A DNA stretch of 64,000 nt from an uncultured Chthonomonadaceae bacterium (GTDB lineage Bacteria; Armatimonadota; Chthonomonadetes; Chthonomonadales; Chthonomonadaceae): the NCBI GenBank assembly GCA_963817895.1, contig CAWFQB010000001.1:384001-448000 (forward strand), in the 5' to 3' direction. The notes beneath the pieces were generated by a model. That model worked only from the letters and a program-made list of their open reading frames with translations. It was not told where the DNA came from and made no database searches. A program made the position numbers and the translations under genes. Below are positions 54,344 to 63,358 of the stretch, in pieces; within the stretch, counting starts at the first letter, position 1, and each line of letters begins with the position of its first letter.

Positions 54344-54543
54344 TTCTACCCTCATCCGGCCTTCGGCCACCTTCTCCCTGCAAGGGAGAAGGCTAAACTA
54401 TTCAATGGGCGGTTGAATGAGAGATGAGGGAGACTGTAAGCAATCCACACATCTGAAACAACTTTCTAACCAACCCACCAGACTACCACCTTAGCCTTCT
54501 CCCTTGCAGGGAGAAGGTGGGCGAAGCCCGGATGAGGGTAGAA
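54344..54543. repeat. REPIN-like doublet (right)
   Basis: The same units at 54344..54396 and 54491..54543; shared spacer caacccaccagactaccac. Confidence 0.9.
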
Positions 54544-54552
54544 GCCCCCGCC

Positions 54553-56061
54553 TCACGCCGAGGCTTTCAGCAGACTCCGAAGCCGTTCCAGCCCCTGCTG
54601 AATGTCGGTTTCCAGTTCCGCGAGTTCGTCCAGAAGCTGTTCCGGCGGGTCGTAGGCGACGGCGGTTTGGGTCACTTCGCGGTAGCGGTTCAGACTCAGG
54701 TCGTAGTTTTTGGCGGCGATGTCGGCTTTGGGAACGCAAAACGATTGCTCGGCGCGGGTTCGGGGCGCTTCGTTTGTTCGGTTCCGCCAGCGGCTCAGAA
54801 TGTCGGGCAGGTTGTTGTTGCCGTGTTTTGTCGTGTCCAGCGGAACGCGCTTGTCATCCAGAGAAAACCCGTCCGCCTGCATGTCGTAGAACCAGACGGT
54901 TTCCGTGCCGCCGGAATTGGTTTTGGTGAAGAGGAGAATGGCGGTGGAAACGCCCGCGTATGGCTTGAACACGCCGGACGGCATCGAAATCACCGCATCC
55001 AGTTTCTGGTCTTCCACGAGGATACGCCGCAGCGCTTTGTGCGCGGTGGACGAACCGAACAAAACGCCGTCCGGCACGATAATCGCCGCCCGCCCGCCGG
55101 GTTTGAGCAGCCGCAAAAACAGAGCCAGAAACAGCAGTTCGGTCTTTTTGGTTTTCACAATCCGCAGCAGGTCTTTGGCGCAGTTCGACTCGTCCAGCGA
55201 CCCGGCAAACGGCGGATTGGCGAGTATCAGCGTGTAATGCTCGTCTTCCCCCGCGTGTTCCTCGGCGAGCGAATCTTTGTAGCGGATGTTGGGGTTTTCA
55301 ATGCCGTGCAGCGCCAGATTCATGCTGCCGATACGCAGCATCGTGTTGTCGAAATCGAAGCCGTTGAACAGCGTCTCGTTGAAATGATGCAGGCGCGTCG
55401 CGTCCGTAAAAATTTCCGGGTGCGTTTCGCGCAGATACTCGCCCGTCGCCACCAAAAATCCGCCCGTTCCGCAGGCCGGGTCGCACACAATGTCGTCCGG
55501 GCGCGGCGCGGTCATGTCCACCATCAGGCGAATGATATGGCGAGGCGTCCGAAACTGCCCGTTCTGCCCCGCGCTCGCGATTTTGCCGAGCATGTACTCA
55601 TACACGTCGCCTTTGGTGTCTCGGTCCTCCATCGGAACATGGTCGAGCATATCCACGACGCGCGCCAGCAGCGGGGGCGTGGGAATGGTAAAGCGGGCGT
55701 CCCGCATGTGGCGGGCATACGTCGAGTCTTCCCGCTCACTTTGCAGGTTGCGGATAAACGGGAACACGCCGTCCCCAACCGTCTCGAACATCGTTGCAGC
55801 CTCAAAATGCTTGAAGCGCGACCAGCGCAGGTTCTCGTAAGGAACGCCCCTGTCCGTTTCACCTTCAGGGAAAATGCGGCCTTCAAGGGGACGGTTCAGC
55901 CGGTTGGCTTTCCGCTCCTGCGCCGTGTGCAGTTCGTCCAGCCGCTTGATAAACAGCAGGTACGTGATCTGCTCCATCACTTCGAGGGGATTGGCAATAC
56001 CGCCCGACCAGAAGGCGTCCCAGATGCGGTCAATCTGACTTTTGAGTTCTCCGGTAATCAT
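54553..56061 (-). CDS. hsdM: Type I DNA methyltransferase (N6-adenine)
   Basis: GQFRTPRHII, DPACGTGGFL and ANPPF. Confidence 0.95.
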   Translation of the reverse strand: MITGELKSQIDRIWDAFWSGGIANPLEVMEQITYLLFIKRLDELHTAQERKANRLNRPLEGRIFPEGETDRGVPYENLRWSRFKHFEAATMFETVGDGVFPFIRNLQSEREDSTYARHMRDARFTIPTPPLLARVVDMLDHVPMEDRDTKGDVYEYMLGKIASAGQNGQFRTPRHIIRLMVDMTAPRPDDIVCDPACGTGGFLVATGEYLRETHPEIFTDATRLHHFNETLFNGFDFDNTMLRIGSMNLALHGIENPNIRYKDSLAEEHAGEDEHYTLILANPPFAGSLDESNCAKDLLRIVKTKKTELLFLALFLRLLKPGGRAAIIVPDGVLFGSSTAHKALRRILVEDQKLDAVISMPSGVFKPYAGVSTAILLFTKTNSGGTETVWFYDMQADGFSLDDKRVPLDTTKHGNNNLPDILSRWRNRTNEAPRTRAEQSFCVPKADIAAKNYDLSLNRYREVTQTAVAYDPPEQLLDELAELETDIQQGLERLRSLLKASA

Positions 56062-56380
56062 AGCCCTTTATTCGCCGCCCGCCCGCCGGATTCATGCCGC
56101 GAATCCATGACAACGCAGAAAGAATAGCCGCGAATGAACGCGAATGAACGCAAACTGCGCCAAATTCGGCTAAAATATACTGGTGGAATGGCGAATAAAA
56201 GGATTCCACAGAACATTTGGCGAATAACGCTGTCAAAGGAGTTGCGCCGCCGTCCGCGTCCGGCGTTGCGTCGCTCCCCGTCGCGCCCTTTTGAACGTCT
56301 TGAACGTTATGCAACGCCCTGAACGCCGACAATCGCGCGCTTTCTGCGCCCGATTGTCTCGCACCCAATGGAGGAACCGT

Positions 56381-57220
56381 ATGCTGAACTCTCGTTTTAC
56401 CCGCCTGGGACTTGCCCTGGCGACCCTGCTGACCGCGCTTTCCCTGTGGAGCCGGCCCGCGCAGGCAACCCCCGCCTTCGCCAAGAAAGAGATGAAGGAG
56501 TGTAACTACTGCCACGTCAATCCGGGCGGCCCCCGCAACTTCCGGGGCAAGTTCTACAAGGCGCACGGCCTGTCATTCGCCGACTTCGACAACATCTATG
56601 AGGCCAAACTCGCGGGCGTGACGGACGCCAACGCGATGGGCGGCGATGCCAAACCCACCGTGACCGGCTACCCGAACGTGAAAACCGATGTGTCCGACCT
56701 GCTCAAGTACACCATGAAAGACATTGACGGCAAGCCGGTGAACCTCGCCCGCTATCAGGGCGATGTCATTATGATCGTCAACGTCGCGTCCAAGTGCGGC
56801 AACACGCCCCAGTACAAGGCGCTTCAAAAGATGTACGATGACAACAAAGACAAGGGCTTTGTCATTCTCGGCTTCCCGTCCAACGACTTCGGCGGGCAGG
56901 AACCGGGCAATGAGAAAGAGATCAAGCAGTTCTGCACCGACCTGTACAAAGTGACCTTCCCGATGTTCTCCAAAATCGTGGTCAAAGGCGACGACACCGC
57001 CCCGCTGTACAAGTACCTGCTCGATGAGAAGACTGATCCGAAATTCGCCAAACCGATTGACTGGAACTTCGCCAAGTTTCTGGTCAACCGCAAGGGCGAA
57101 GTGATTGCCCGCTTCCCCGCCAAAATGTCTCCCAATGATCCTTCCATCGTCAGCGCGGTGGAAAAAGCGGTTAAAGAAGTCGAAGCCCGAAGAAAAGGCC
57201 GCTTCCGCCAACGTATTTAA
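56381..57220 (+). CDS. Exported glutathione peroxidase-like protein with an N-terminal CxxCH (haem c) domain
   Basis: RBS GGAGG, signal peptide, ECNYCH, then NVASKCG, FPSNDFGGQEPG and WNFAKFLV. Confidence 0.88.
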   Translation: MLNSRFTRLGLALATLLTALSLWSRPAQATPAFAKKEMKECNYCHVNPGGPRNFRGKFYKAHGLSFADFDNIYEAKLAGVTDANAMGGDAKPTVTGYPNVKTDVSDLLKYTMKDIDGKPVNLARYQGDVIMIVNVASKCGNTPQYKALQKMYDDNKDKGFVILGFPSNDFGGQEPGNEKEIKQFCTDLYKVTFPMFSKIVVKGDDTAPLYKYLLDEKTDPKFAKPIDWNFAKFLVNRKGEVIARFPAKMSPNDPSIVSAVEKAVKEVEARRKGRFRQRI

Positions 57221-57268
57221 CCGCGCGCTGGCCGTCCACTTCTAAGTTTCCGTGTAAAATTTGACGCC

Positions 57269-57284
57269 TGTGACGTATCTCACA
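57269..57284. promoter_or_regulatory. Perfect CRP-type box
   Basis: TGTGA-cgtatc-TCACA. Confidence 0.6.
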
Positions 57285-57311
57285 CCGAGGCTGTGACAGG
57301 TTGCAATGACA

Positions 57312-57368
57312 AAACAACAAAGCTCGCGCATAATAGACCTATCCTATTATGCGCGGGCTTTGTTGTTT
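57312..57368. other. 25-bp stem hairpin (terminator or regulatory)
   Basis: aaacaacaaagctcgcgcataatag-7 nt-ctattatgcgcgggctttgttgttt, with one U-G pair. Confidence 0.8.
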
Positions 57369-57472
57369 GACCGGGGTTCTAATGCAGCACAATATGCCCC
57401 CGCCCGCAATGTCATTCACTTGCGCTCACATTCGCTTCTGCCGTTATGCAGATTTACCGGGAGTTGATTCTC

Positions 57473-57784
57473 ATGTACCACACCACTGCTGAACCGAAAG
57501 CCCTGCCGCTGTCCAGAGAAGAAACATTGGCGCTGCTGGATTTGTGCCTGAATAGCGGTCTGGAAATGCAGCCCGCCCATGAGCAGGCGTTGAGCAAATT
57601 GGGCGACCTGGCGCGCAGTTACATGGCGGAAGAGACACGCGCCGAATCCGCCCCCGCGCCTGTCGCCGAACACAATGGACACGAACACGGCTATACCGCG
57701 CCTGCCCGCCTGACCTTCTGGAGCCGAGGTTCCCTCCGCCCGCGCCTGCGCAGTATGCCGGTGGGAGGGGAGATGAGTAGATGA
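57473..57784 (+). CDS. Small hypothetical protein
   Basis: RBS GGAG; LSREETLALLDLCL helical core. Confidence 0.6.
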   Translation: MYHTTAEPKALPLSREETLALLDLCLNSGLEMQPAHEQALSKLGDLARSYMAEETRAESAPAPVAEHNGHEHGYTAPARLTFWSRGSLRPRLRSMPVGGEMSR

Positions 57785-57883
57785 GTAGATGAGTAGATGG
57801 GTAGAAATTTCTGTCTTTTACAGTTTTGTGCTATAACAATACAGGCTACCCATCTACCGACCTACCCATCTACTCATCTACCT

Positions 57884-58783
57884 ATGAATACTTTCAACGC
57901 CGTAATCACCCATAACGTCGCGCCGATGCGGGCGGAGCCGAACGGAAGCAGCGAGCAGGTCAGCCAGGCGATCTGGGGCGACAACGCGCTGCGGCTTGCC
58001 CGCGAGGGCGAGTATGTCCGCATACGGACAGCGGACGCTTACGAGGGGTGGGTATGGGAGCGGCATTTGCGCCCGTTCGATCCGGCATTGCCGTCCGAAG
58101 AACAACAGTGGCCGTTCGGGCAACAGGTGGGGCAGGCGCATTGCGTCACGGCGGATTTCGCGGTTTTGCGTAATCAGGCCGGAAACGACGCCGCGCAAAC
58201 TTCCAAACTGGTGTTCGGAACATGGGTTCAAACGCCCCTGACGGAACGCCCGAAAGCAGCGGGAGGATTGTTGGTTCAACTGCCCATCGGCTGGCAGGCG
58301 GAAGACGCGGGGCGAGTACAGGCGGGATATGTGCAAGCGGAAACCGTCCATTCTCTCGCCAATTGGCCGTATCCGCGCGAATGGGACGGGGAAGCGGCCT
58401 GTCAGTTAGCCCGCCGGTTTCTCGGCACTCCCTATCTCTGGGGCGGCACAACGCCGTTCGGCTTCGACTGCTCCGGCTTTGCGCAACGAATTTATGCCAC
58501 ATTTGGCGTGACATTGCCCCGCGACGCTTACATGCAGGCCGCGTCGGAATTGGGGACGCGCCTGGACGTGGATGTTCCCGCGCAGGCGGGCGATCTGGTC
58601 TTTTTCGGCGGGCGCAGCGACCCGCGCAAACGCGGCATCACCCATGTCGGCATGGCGTTAAGCGAACATTTCTTTATCCATGCCGTCGGCAAAGAGGGCG
58701 TTATCATCACTCCGTTCGACGATCCGTACTATGCCGCGCAGTATGCGTATTGCGGCGCGTGGCGTTGCGCGTTACAGATATAA
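57884..58783 (+). CDS. SH3 plus NlpC/P60 cell-wall peptidase
   Basis: SEQVSQ..G, YEGWV, GTPYLWGG...GFDCSG, LPRDA..Q and HVGM....FIHA. Confidence 0.92.
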   Translation: MNTFNAVITHNVAPMRAEPNGSSEQVSQAIWGDNALRLAREGEYVRIRTADAYEGWVWERHLRPFDPALPSEEQQWPFGQQVGQAHCVTADFAVLRNQAGNDAAQTSKLVFGTWVQTPLTERPKAAGGLLVQLPIGWQAEDAGRVQAGYVQAETVHSLANWPYPREWDGEAACQLARRFLGTPYLWGGTTPFGFDCSGFAQRIYATFGVTLPRDAYMQAASELGTRLDVDVPAQAGDLVFFGGRSDPRKRGITHVGMALSEHFFIHAVGKEGVIITPFDDPYYAAQYAYCGAWRCALQI

Positions 58784-59061
58784 ATACCCCTGTCAAAAGG
58801 CCGGGAACGGCATCCGAAAACGGCCTGACCACGCGCATCCAGACGATCTCCTCACTGGCATGAAGATGCTTGCGGCTTTTGCGCATCCTCACCTTCTGTT
58901 GTGACCGGCCCAAACGCGCCTTCCCTCCCCAACCCGGCGGTACTTGACCGTGATTTGCGCTGCCCCGCCGAAGCGCGGGCGCTGATAGAGGACGGCGGCG
59001 CGGGTATAATGAATACTCATTTAGCCGCCATGTTGCCGAATTAACGGGAGGAGAACAAAGC

Positions 59062-59877
59062 ATGCTCACTGAAGAACAGATTGCGGAGTTTCACGAGAAG
59101 GGTTATTTGCAGGTTGGGCGCGTCATCAGCGACGAGCAGGCGGACGCCCTGCGCGAACGGATGTTTGCCGTGATGGAGGGGCGTTCCGCGTCGCAGCCCG
59201 AATCCCTGCGCAACCTGAACGGGCAGCGGGAAAACGTTGTCGTGCAGATCGTCAATATATGGGAGGCCGATGGGCTGTTCCGCGCCCATCTGTACGAGCC
59301 GGACATGACCGAAATGGTGGCGGAAGTTATCGGTACGGATACGCTGCGATTGTGGCACGATCAGGTGCAGTACAAACCGCCCCGCGTGGGCGGGCCGACG
59401 GACTGGCATCAGGATCATCCCTACTGGCCGATTATTCAGCCCGCCGATCTGGTCAGCGCATGGGTGGCTTTGGACGACGCGGACGAAGAAAACGGCTGCA
59501 TGTGGATGGTTCCGGGCAGCCACAAATGGGGGCCGCACAAGGGCGGAACGATTGGCACGAACCGCGACGACTTTTCGCCCGCGCCCGACCTGAGCCTGCT
59601 TCCTGAAGGCATCAATGTCACGCCCGTTCCCATGCCCGTCAAGAAGGGACACGCCGGACTGCATCATTGCCTGACGTGGCACGGCAGCCCGCCCAACCGC
59701 TCGGAGCGGGGCCGTCCCGCGATTGCCGTCCACTATATGCCGGGTTACACGCGCTACGAAAAAGACCCGCGCCGCACCCATCTTGTGGAACACAATGTCG
59801 AAGTCGCGCCGGGAGAAATCTTGCAAGGTAAGCATTTCCCCACCGTCTACGAGAATGGGCATCCGCTTACGCCGTGA
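59062..59877 (+). CDS. PhyH-family Fe(II)/2-oxoglutarate dioxygenase
   Basis: WHQD, WVALDD...NGC....PGSH and HGS..N.S...R. Confidence 0.92.
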   Translation: MLTEEQIAEFHEKGYLQVGRVISDEQADALRERMFAVMEGRSASQPESLRNLNGQRENVVVQIVNIWEADGLFRAHLYEPDMTEMVAEVIGTDTLRLWHDQVQYKPPRVGGPTDWHQDHPYWPIIQPADLVSAWVALDDADEENGCMWMVPGSHKWGPHKGGTIGTNRDDFSPAPDLSLLPEGINVTPVPMPVKKGHAGLHHCLTWHGSPPNRSERGRPAIAVHYMPGYTRYEKDPRRTHLVEHNVEVAPGEILQGKHFPTVYENGHPLTP

Positions 59878-59979
59878 GTGGGTGATTGGTGGCTGGTTAT
59901 AGACGCGGCACTGCTTGAAACAAAATCTTCGTCTCCTTCCGTATAGGCGATAATTGGAAGAATGGAGGGATAACGAGCG

Positions 59980-60903
59980 ATGTTGACGTGGTTACGGTAT
60001 CTTGATCGCGTGATACGAGGGGAAGCGACCCGGCCCGCCGCGCTGTGAAACGGGGAGATTGAGCAGCCTGTCGGTGGGCTGGCGGTTCTGGGCATCATTT
60101 TGGGCGCGATTTACGGCATCTGCATGGGGTGTTACGCGCTGTTTCAGGGGGGACACGCGCCGGTTTTGCAGGTGTTCGCCACCACCCTGAAAGTGCCGAT
60201 CCTGTTCTTCCTCACGCTTGCCGTGACGTTTCCTTCCCTGTATGTGTTCAACGCCCTTGTCGGGTCGCGGCTATCCGTGTTGTCCGTGCTGCGGCTATTG
60301 GTAATTTCGCTGATCGTGATGCTGACCGTGCTTGCATCCCTCGGCCCGATTGTGGCCTTTTTCGCCGCCAGCACGACCAGTTACCCGTTTATGCTGCTGC
60401 TCAACGTCCTGATTTTCACCATTGCGGGCTTTCTCGGTTTGCGCTACATGCTGATGACGCTGCACCGCCTGAGTCTCGCCATTGTGGACTCCATTCCCGC
60501 TTCGGCTTCCACGCCGACGCAGCTTGTCACGCCCTCTTCGCCGCCCATCATGGATTTGCCCGGTTCGTTCCAGACGCCGGAACCCGCGCCGCCTGTCGCG
60601 TCTGCTTCATCACCTCTAAATCCCAACGCGCCCGCGCCGTTCCCATCTGCCCCAACCTATGCGCCCGGATTGCCCAAAACGCCGCCGAGCGCGCTGGATA
60701 ATATGGCAGGCAGTCTCATCAGCAAGGATGTAAGAACGGTGTTTCGGGTCTGGATCGTGGTTTTCGGACTGGTGGGCGCGCAAATGGCGTGGGTACTGCG
60801 CCCGTTCCTCGGTTCGCCGCAGCATGTCTTCTCGTGGTTCCGTCCCCGCGAATCCAACTTCTTCGAGGCACTGCTGTATGCCCTGTCACATTTATTTAGG
60901 TAA
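59980..60903 (+). CDS. Multi-TM membrane protein (Yip1-like); in-frame TGA at 60046
   Basis: RBS GGAGG with ATG at 59980 in frame with the 60100 ORF; KVP.LF..T, PSLYVFN and AQMAWVLRPF. Confidence 0.65.
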
Positions 60904-60982
60904 GTAGGTAAATAGGCTGTTAGGTTGTTAGGTTGTTAGGTTAGCAGGAGTTGAAGTAATAGGATTAGGGGAATAAGGAACG

Positions 60983-61711
60983 ATGAATAAGCGGGCGGGT
61001 ACAATTTCATCCTTCATTCTTCATCCTTCATCCTTTGTGGCCTCCTTTCTGCATCGCGCCGATCTGGTGGTGAGGGGTGATTTGCGGCTGGTGGAGGCCG
61101 CTGCTGTCCGGCAGACGTTGGCGCAGTTGTTCTGGCTGGTGGCCTGCTTCGGCTGTTTGTACGGCGCGGCGATGGGCACGTTCGGGGGCATCGGGGACGG
61201 GCGCATTTTGCAGGTGTTTTATTCCGCCTTCAAAGTTCCCCTGCTGTTGCTGGTAACATTTGCGCTCAGTTTGCCCAGTTTTTTCGTTTTCAACACGCTG
61301 TACGGATTGGGAGGGGATTGGCCGCAAACCATTCGCGCGCTGCTGGCGGGGCAGGCGGGCGTGACCATTCTGCTCGCTTCGCTTGCGCCCATCACCCTGC
61401 TGTGGAACGCGGGAACCAACGGCCATAACGCGACCGTCCTGTTCAATGCGGCCATGTTCGGAGTGGCGACGTGGGGCGGGCAAATCCTGCTGCGCCGCTA
61501 CTACCGCGTTTTGCTGGCGCGCGACGCCCGACACCGGCAGATGCTGCGTTTGTGGGGCGTCTTGTATACGTTTGTGGGCATTCAGATGGGCTGGATTTTG
61601 CGCCCCTTCATCGGCGACCTGAACAAGCCCGTCGCGTTCTTCCGCGAAGATACATGGGGCAATGCGTACATCATTGTGCTTGAAATGATCCGCCGCATGG
61701 TGATAAAATGA
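60983..61711 (+). CDS. Paralogous multi-TM membrane protein
   Basis: KVPLLL, PSFFVFN and IQMGWILRPF. Confidence 0.75.
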   Translation: MNKRAGTISSFILHPSSFVASFLHRADLVVRGDLRLVEAAAVRQTLAQLFWLVACFGCLYGAAMGTFGGIGDGRILQVFYSAFKVPLLLLVTFALSLPSFFVFNTLYGLGGDWPQTIRALLAGQAGVTILLASLAPITLLWNAGTNGHNATVLFNAAMFGVATWGGQILLRRYYRVLLARDARHRQMLRLWGVLYTFVGIQMGWILRPFIGDLNKPVAFFREDTWGNAYIIVLEMIRRMVIK

Positions 61712-62550
61712 ATGCGTTGATGTTCAGGTGTTCAGGTGGGATATTGTTGAAGAATGGTTTTGCGGGGATACAGACAGACGGTAATCATTCCGTTGCTTTC
61801 ATCGAGAATGTTGCCGATTCTGCGCGTGAGCATGAAGTTCAACAGGCGATTGCCCGACTGCGGCGTGAAAGCCGATGGTATCTGCTGCGCGTGGTCGGGA
61901 GTATGGGCTGCGCGTTGCTGGCGTTCGTCTCGGTCTTTCTGGCGGTAGCCCCTACGTCCGCGCGTGAACCGAATGTAGCCTTGCTGGTAGGCTGCGTGTT
62001 GTGCATGATTGTCTGCGGCATCCTGATTCCCCATTCGGACAGCAAACCTCTGGCGGTACTGGCGGAAGCGCCGGACGTAACCATGATTGCCCCCCTGCTG
62101 GAAGTTCTGGAGGCCGCCCCCGAAGCCCGAGCGCGGAAGATACACGCGCTGCTCACCCTTCTGCTGCCACAAATAAGCGCAACAGACGCGGTTTTGCTGA
62201 ACAGGCGGCAGCGCCGCGTTTTGTACGACGCGCTGCTGTTGGGCGACGCTGACCGCGAACTGGACTATCTACAGGCGGTCTTGCAGGCGGTTACGCAAAT
62301 CGGGGATACGGAAGTTCTGACCTGCCTGCGGCAACTCGTTCAGCGCGGGGCTGTGACGGACGGGCAGCAGAGTCTGTTCGAGGCGGCTTCGGAGTGTCTG
62401 CGCATAGTGGAAGCGCGGCAGGCGCATCAGCATATCCACGATAGCCTGCTGCGCGCGTCCGCTGCCGAAGAATCCGCTGCCGAACTGCTCCGCGCCGCCC
62501 AATCCACATTAGAAACCTCGCCGCAAACTCTTCTGCGCCCCGGACAGTAA
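61708..62550 (+). CDS. Hypothetical protein with two TM segments and a HEAT-like domain; start uncertain
   Basis: Two hydrophobic helices, AVTQIGD, and repeated LLRA/LLRP tail. Confidence 0.6.
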   Translation: MNALMFRCSGGILLKNGFAGIQTDGNHSVAFIENVADSAREHEVQQAIARLRRESRWYLLRVVGSMGCALLAFVSVFLAVAPTSAREPNVALLVGCVLCMIVCGILIPHSDSKPLAVLAEAPDVTMIAPLLEVLEAAPEARARKIHALLTLLLPQISATDAVLLNRRQRRVLYDALLLGDADRELDYLQAVLQAVTQIGDTEVLTCLRQLVQRGAVTDGQQSLFEAASECLRIVEARQAHQHIHDSLLRASAAEESAAELLRAAQSTLETSPQTLLRPGQ

Positions 62551-62570
62551 ATTGAATACCCAAACACCTG

Positions 62571-62608
62571 AAAACGCCCCTTCATAAACACTATGAAAGG
62601 GGCATTTT
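62571..62608. terminator. Bidirectional terminator
   Basis: aaaac-gccccttcata-loop-tatgaaaggggc-atttt between convergent genes. Confidence 0.7.
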
Positions 62609-62715
62609 GTCCGACAGAAAAGATGGAATTGTAAAACGTTCACCACTGCCGGAGAAATGAGGAACGCAAGTAATGTACCTGAACGCGCGAGAGCAAACAT
62701 GACGCGCGCCGTTTG

Positions 62716-63060
62716 CTATGGCTCTTTTGCGCCGTTGCGTTTGAGAAAGGCGACCATTTGCGGGCCGTTGTAGTGTTTCGCGTAGTTGAGCATCGTGCCG
62801 CCATGCTTGTCTTTGTGGTTGACATCGGCTCCATGCGCCAGCAGCACTTGGGCCGTGTCGAAATGCAGGCCACTCGTGGCATTGGCAAGCGGGGTCTCTC
62901 CGCTCTGATCAACAGCGTCCACGTTGTCTTTAACAGCCAGCGCCAGCGCGTGGTCGAGACGCGCCTGCTGCCACCGTCGATACGTCATTCCCACCGGAAG
63001 CGCGAGAAGAAGAAGCAACCCCAAACAGGCGGCAAGCAGGGCGCGAAATTTACGGTTCAT
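62716..63060 (-). CDS. Short ankyrin-repeat protein with an N-terminal TM segment
   Basis: D..GETPL..A, LLAHGADVN.KD..G.T.L.YA. Confidence 0.8.
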   Translation of the reverse strand: MNRKFRALLAACLGLLLLLALPVGMTYRRWQQARLDHALALAVKDNVDAVDQSGETPLANATSGLHFDTAQVLLAHGADVNHKDKHGGTMLNYAKHYNGPQMVAFLKRNGAKEP

Positions 63061-63358
63061 GAGCAGAAGTCTCCACGTCAATGCGGCGCGTCGCAATTCA
63101 CACAGTCCACACGCATTATATCAAAACCGGGCAGATTCAACAAGCGCAATCCTGTATAAAGCGATTTTAGCCCTGAGTTTTTGATTTTCCCCGCCAATAA
63201 TACTGGTGTAGGCTGCGGCTGAAAACAGAGGAATTGGGCCTGCCGGAAACATTCGCGCCGTCCCGAATTCCATTTTTACGCTTCCTCCTGATTGATGCCG
63301 GAGTCTCTTCCCAATCCGGGCGGACAACGGCTTGCCACCCGTTCAGAAAGCAAACCCC

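Noticed and set aside
53720..54543. CRISPR array
   Set aside because: The repeats alternate in orientation, the spacers are long and related, and no cas genes are present.
60046..60048. Selenocysteine recoding of the TGA
   Set aside because: Not in a redox motif, and no SECIS-like hairpin is evident downstream.
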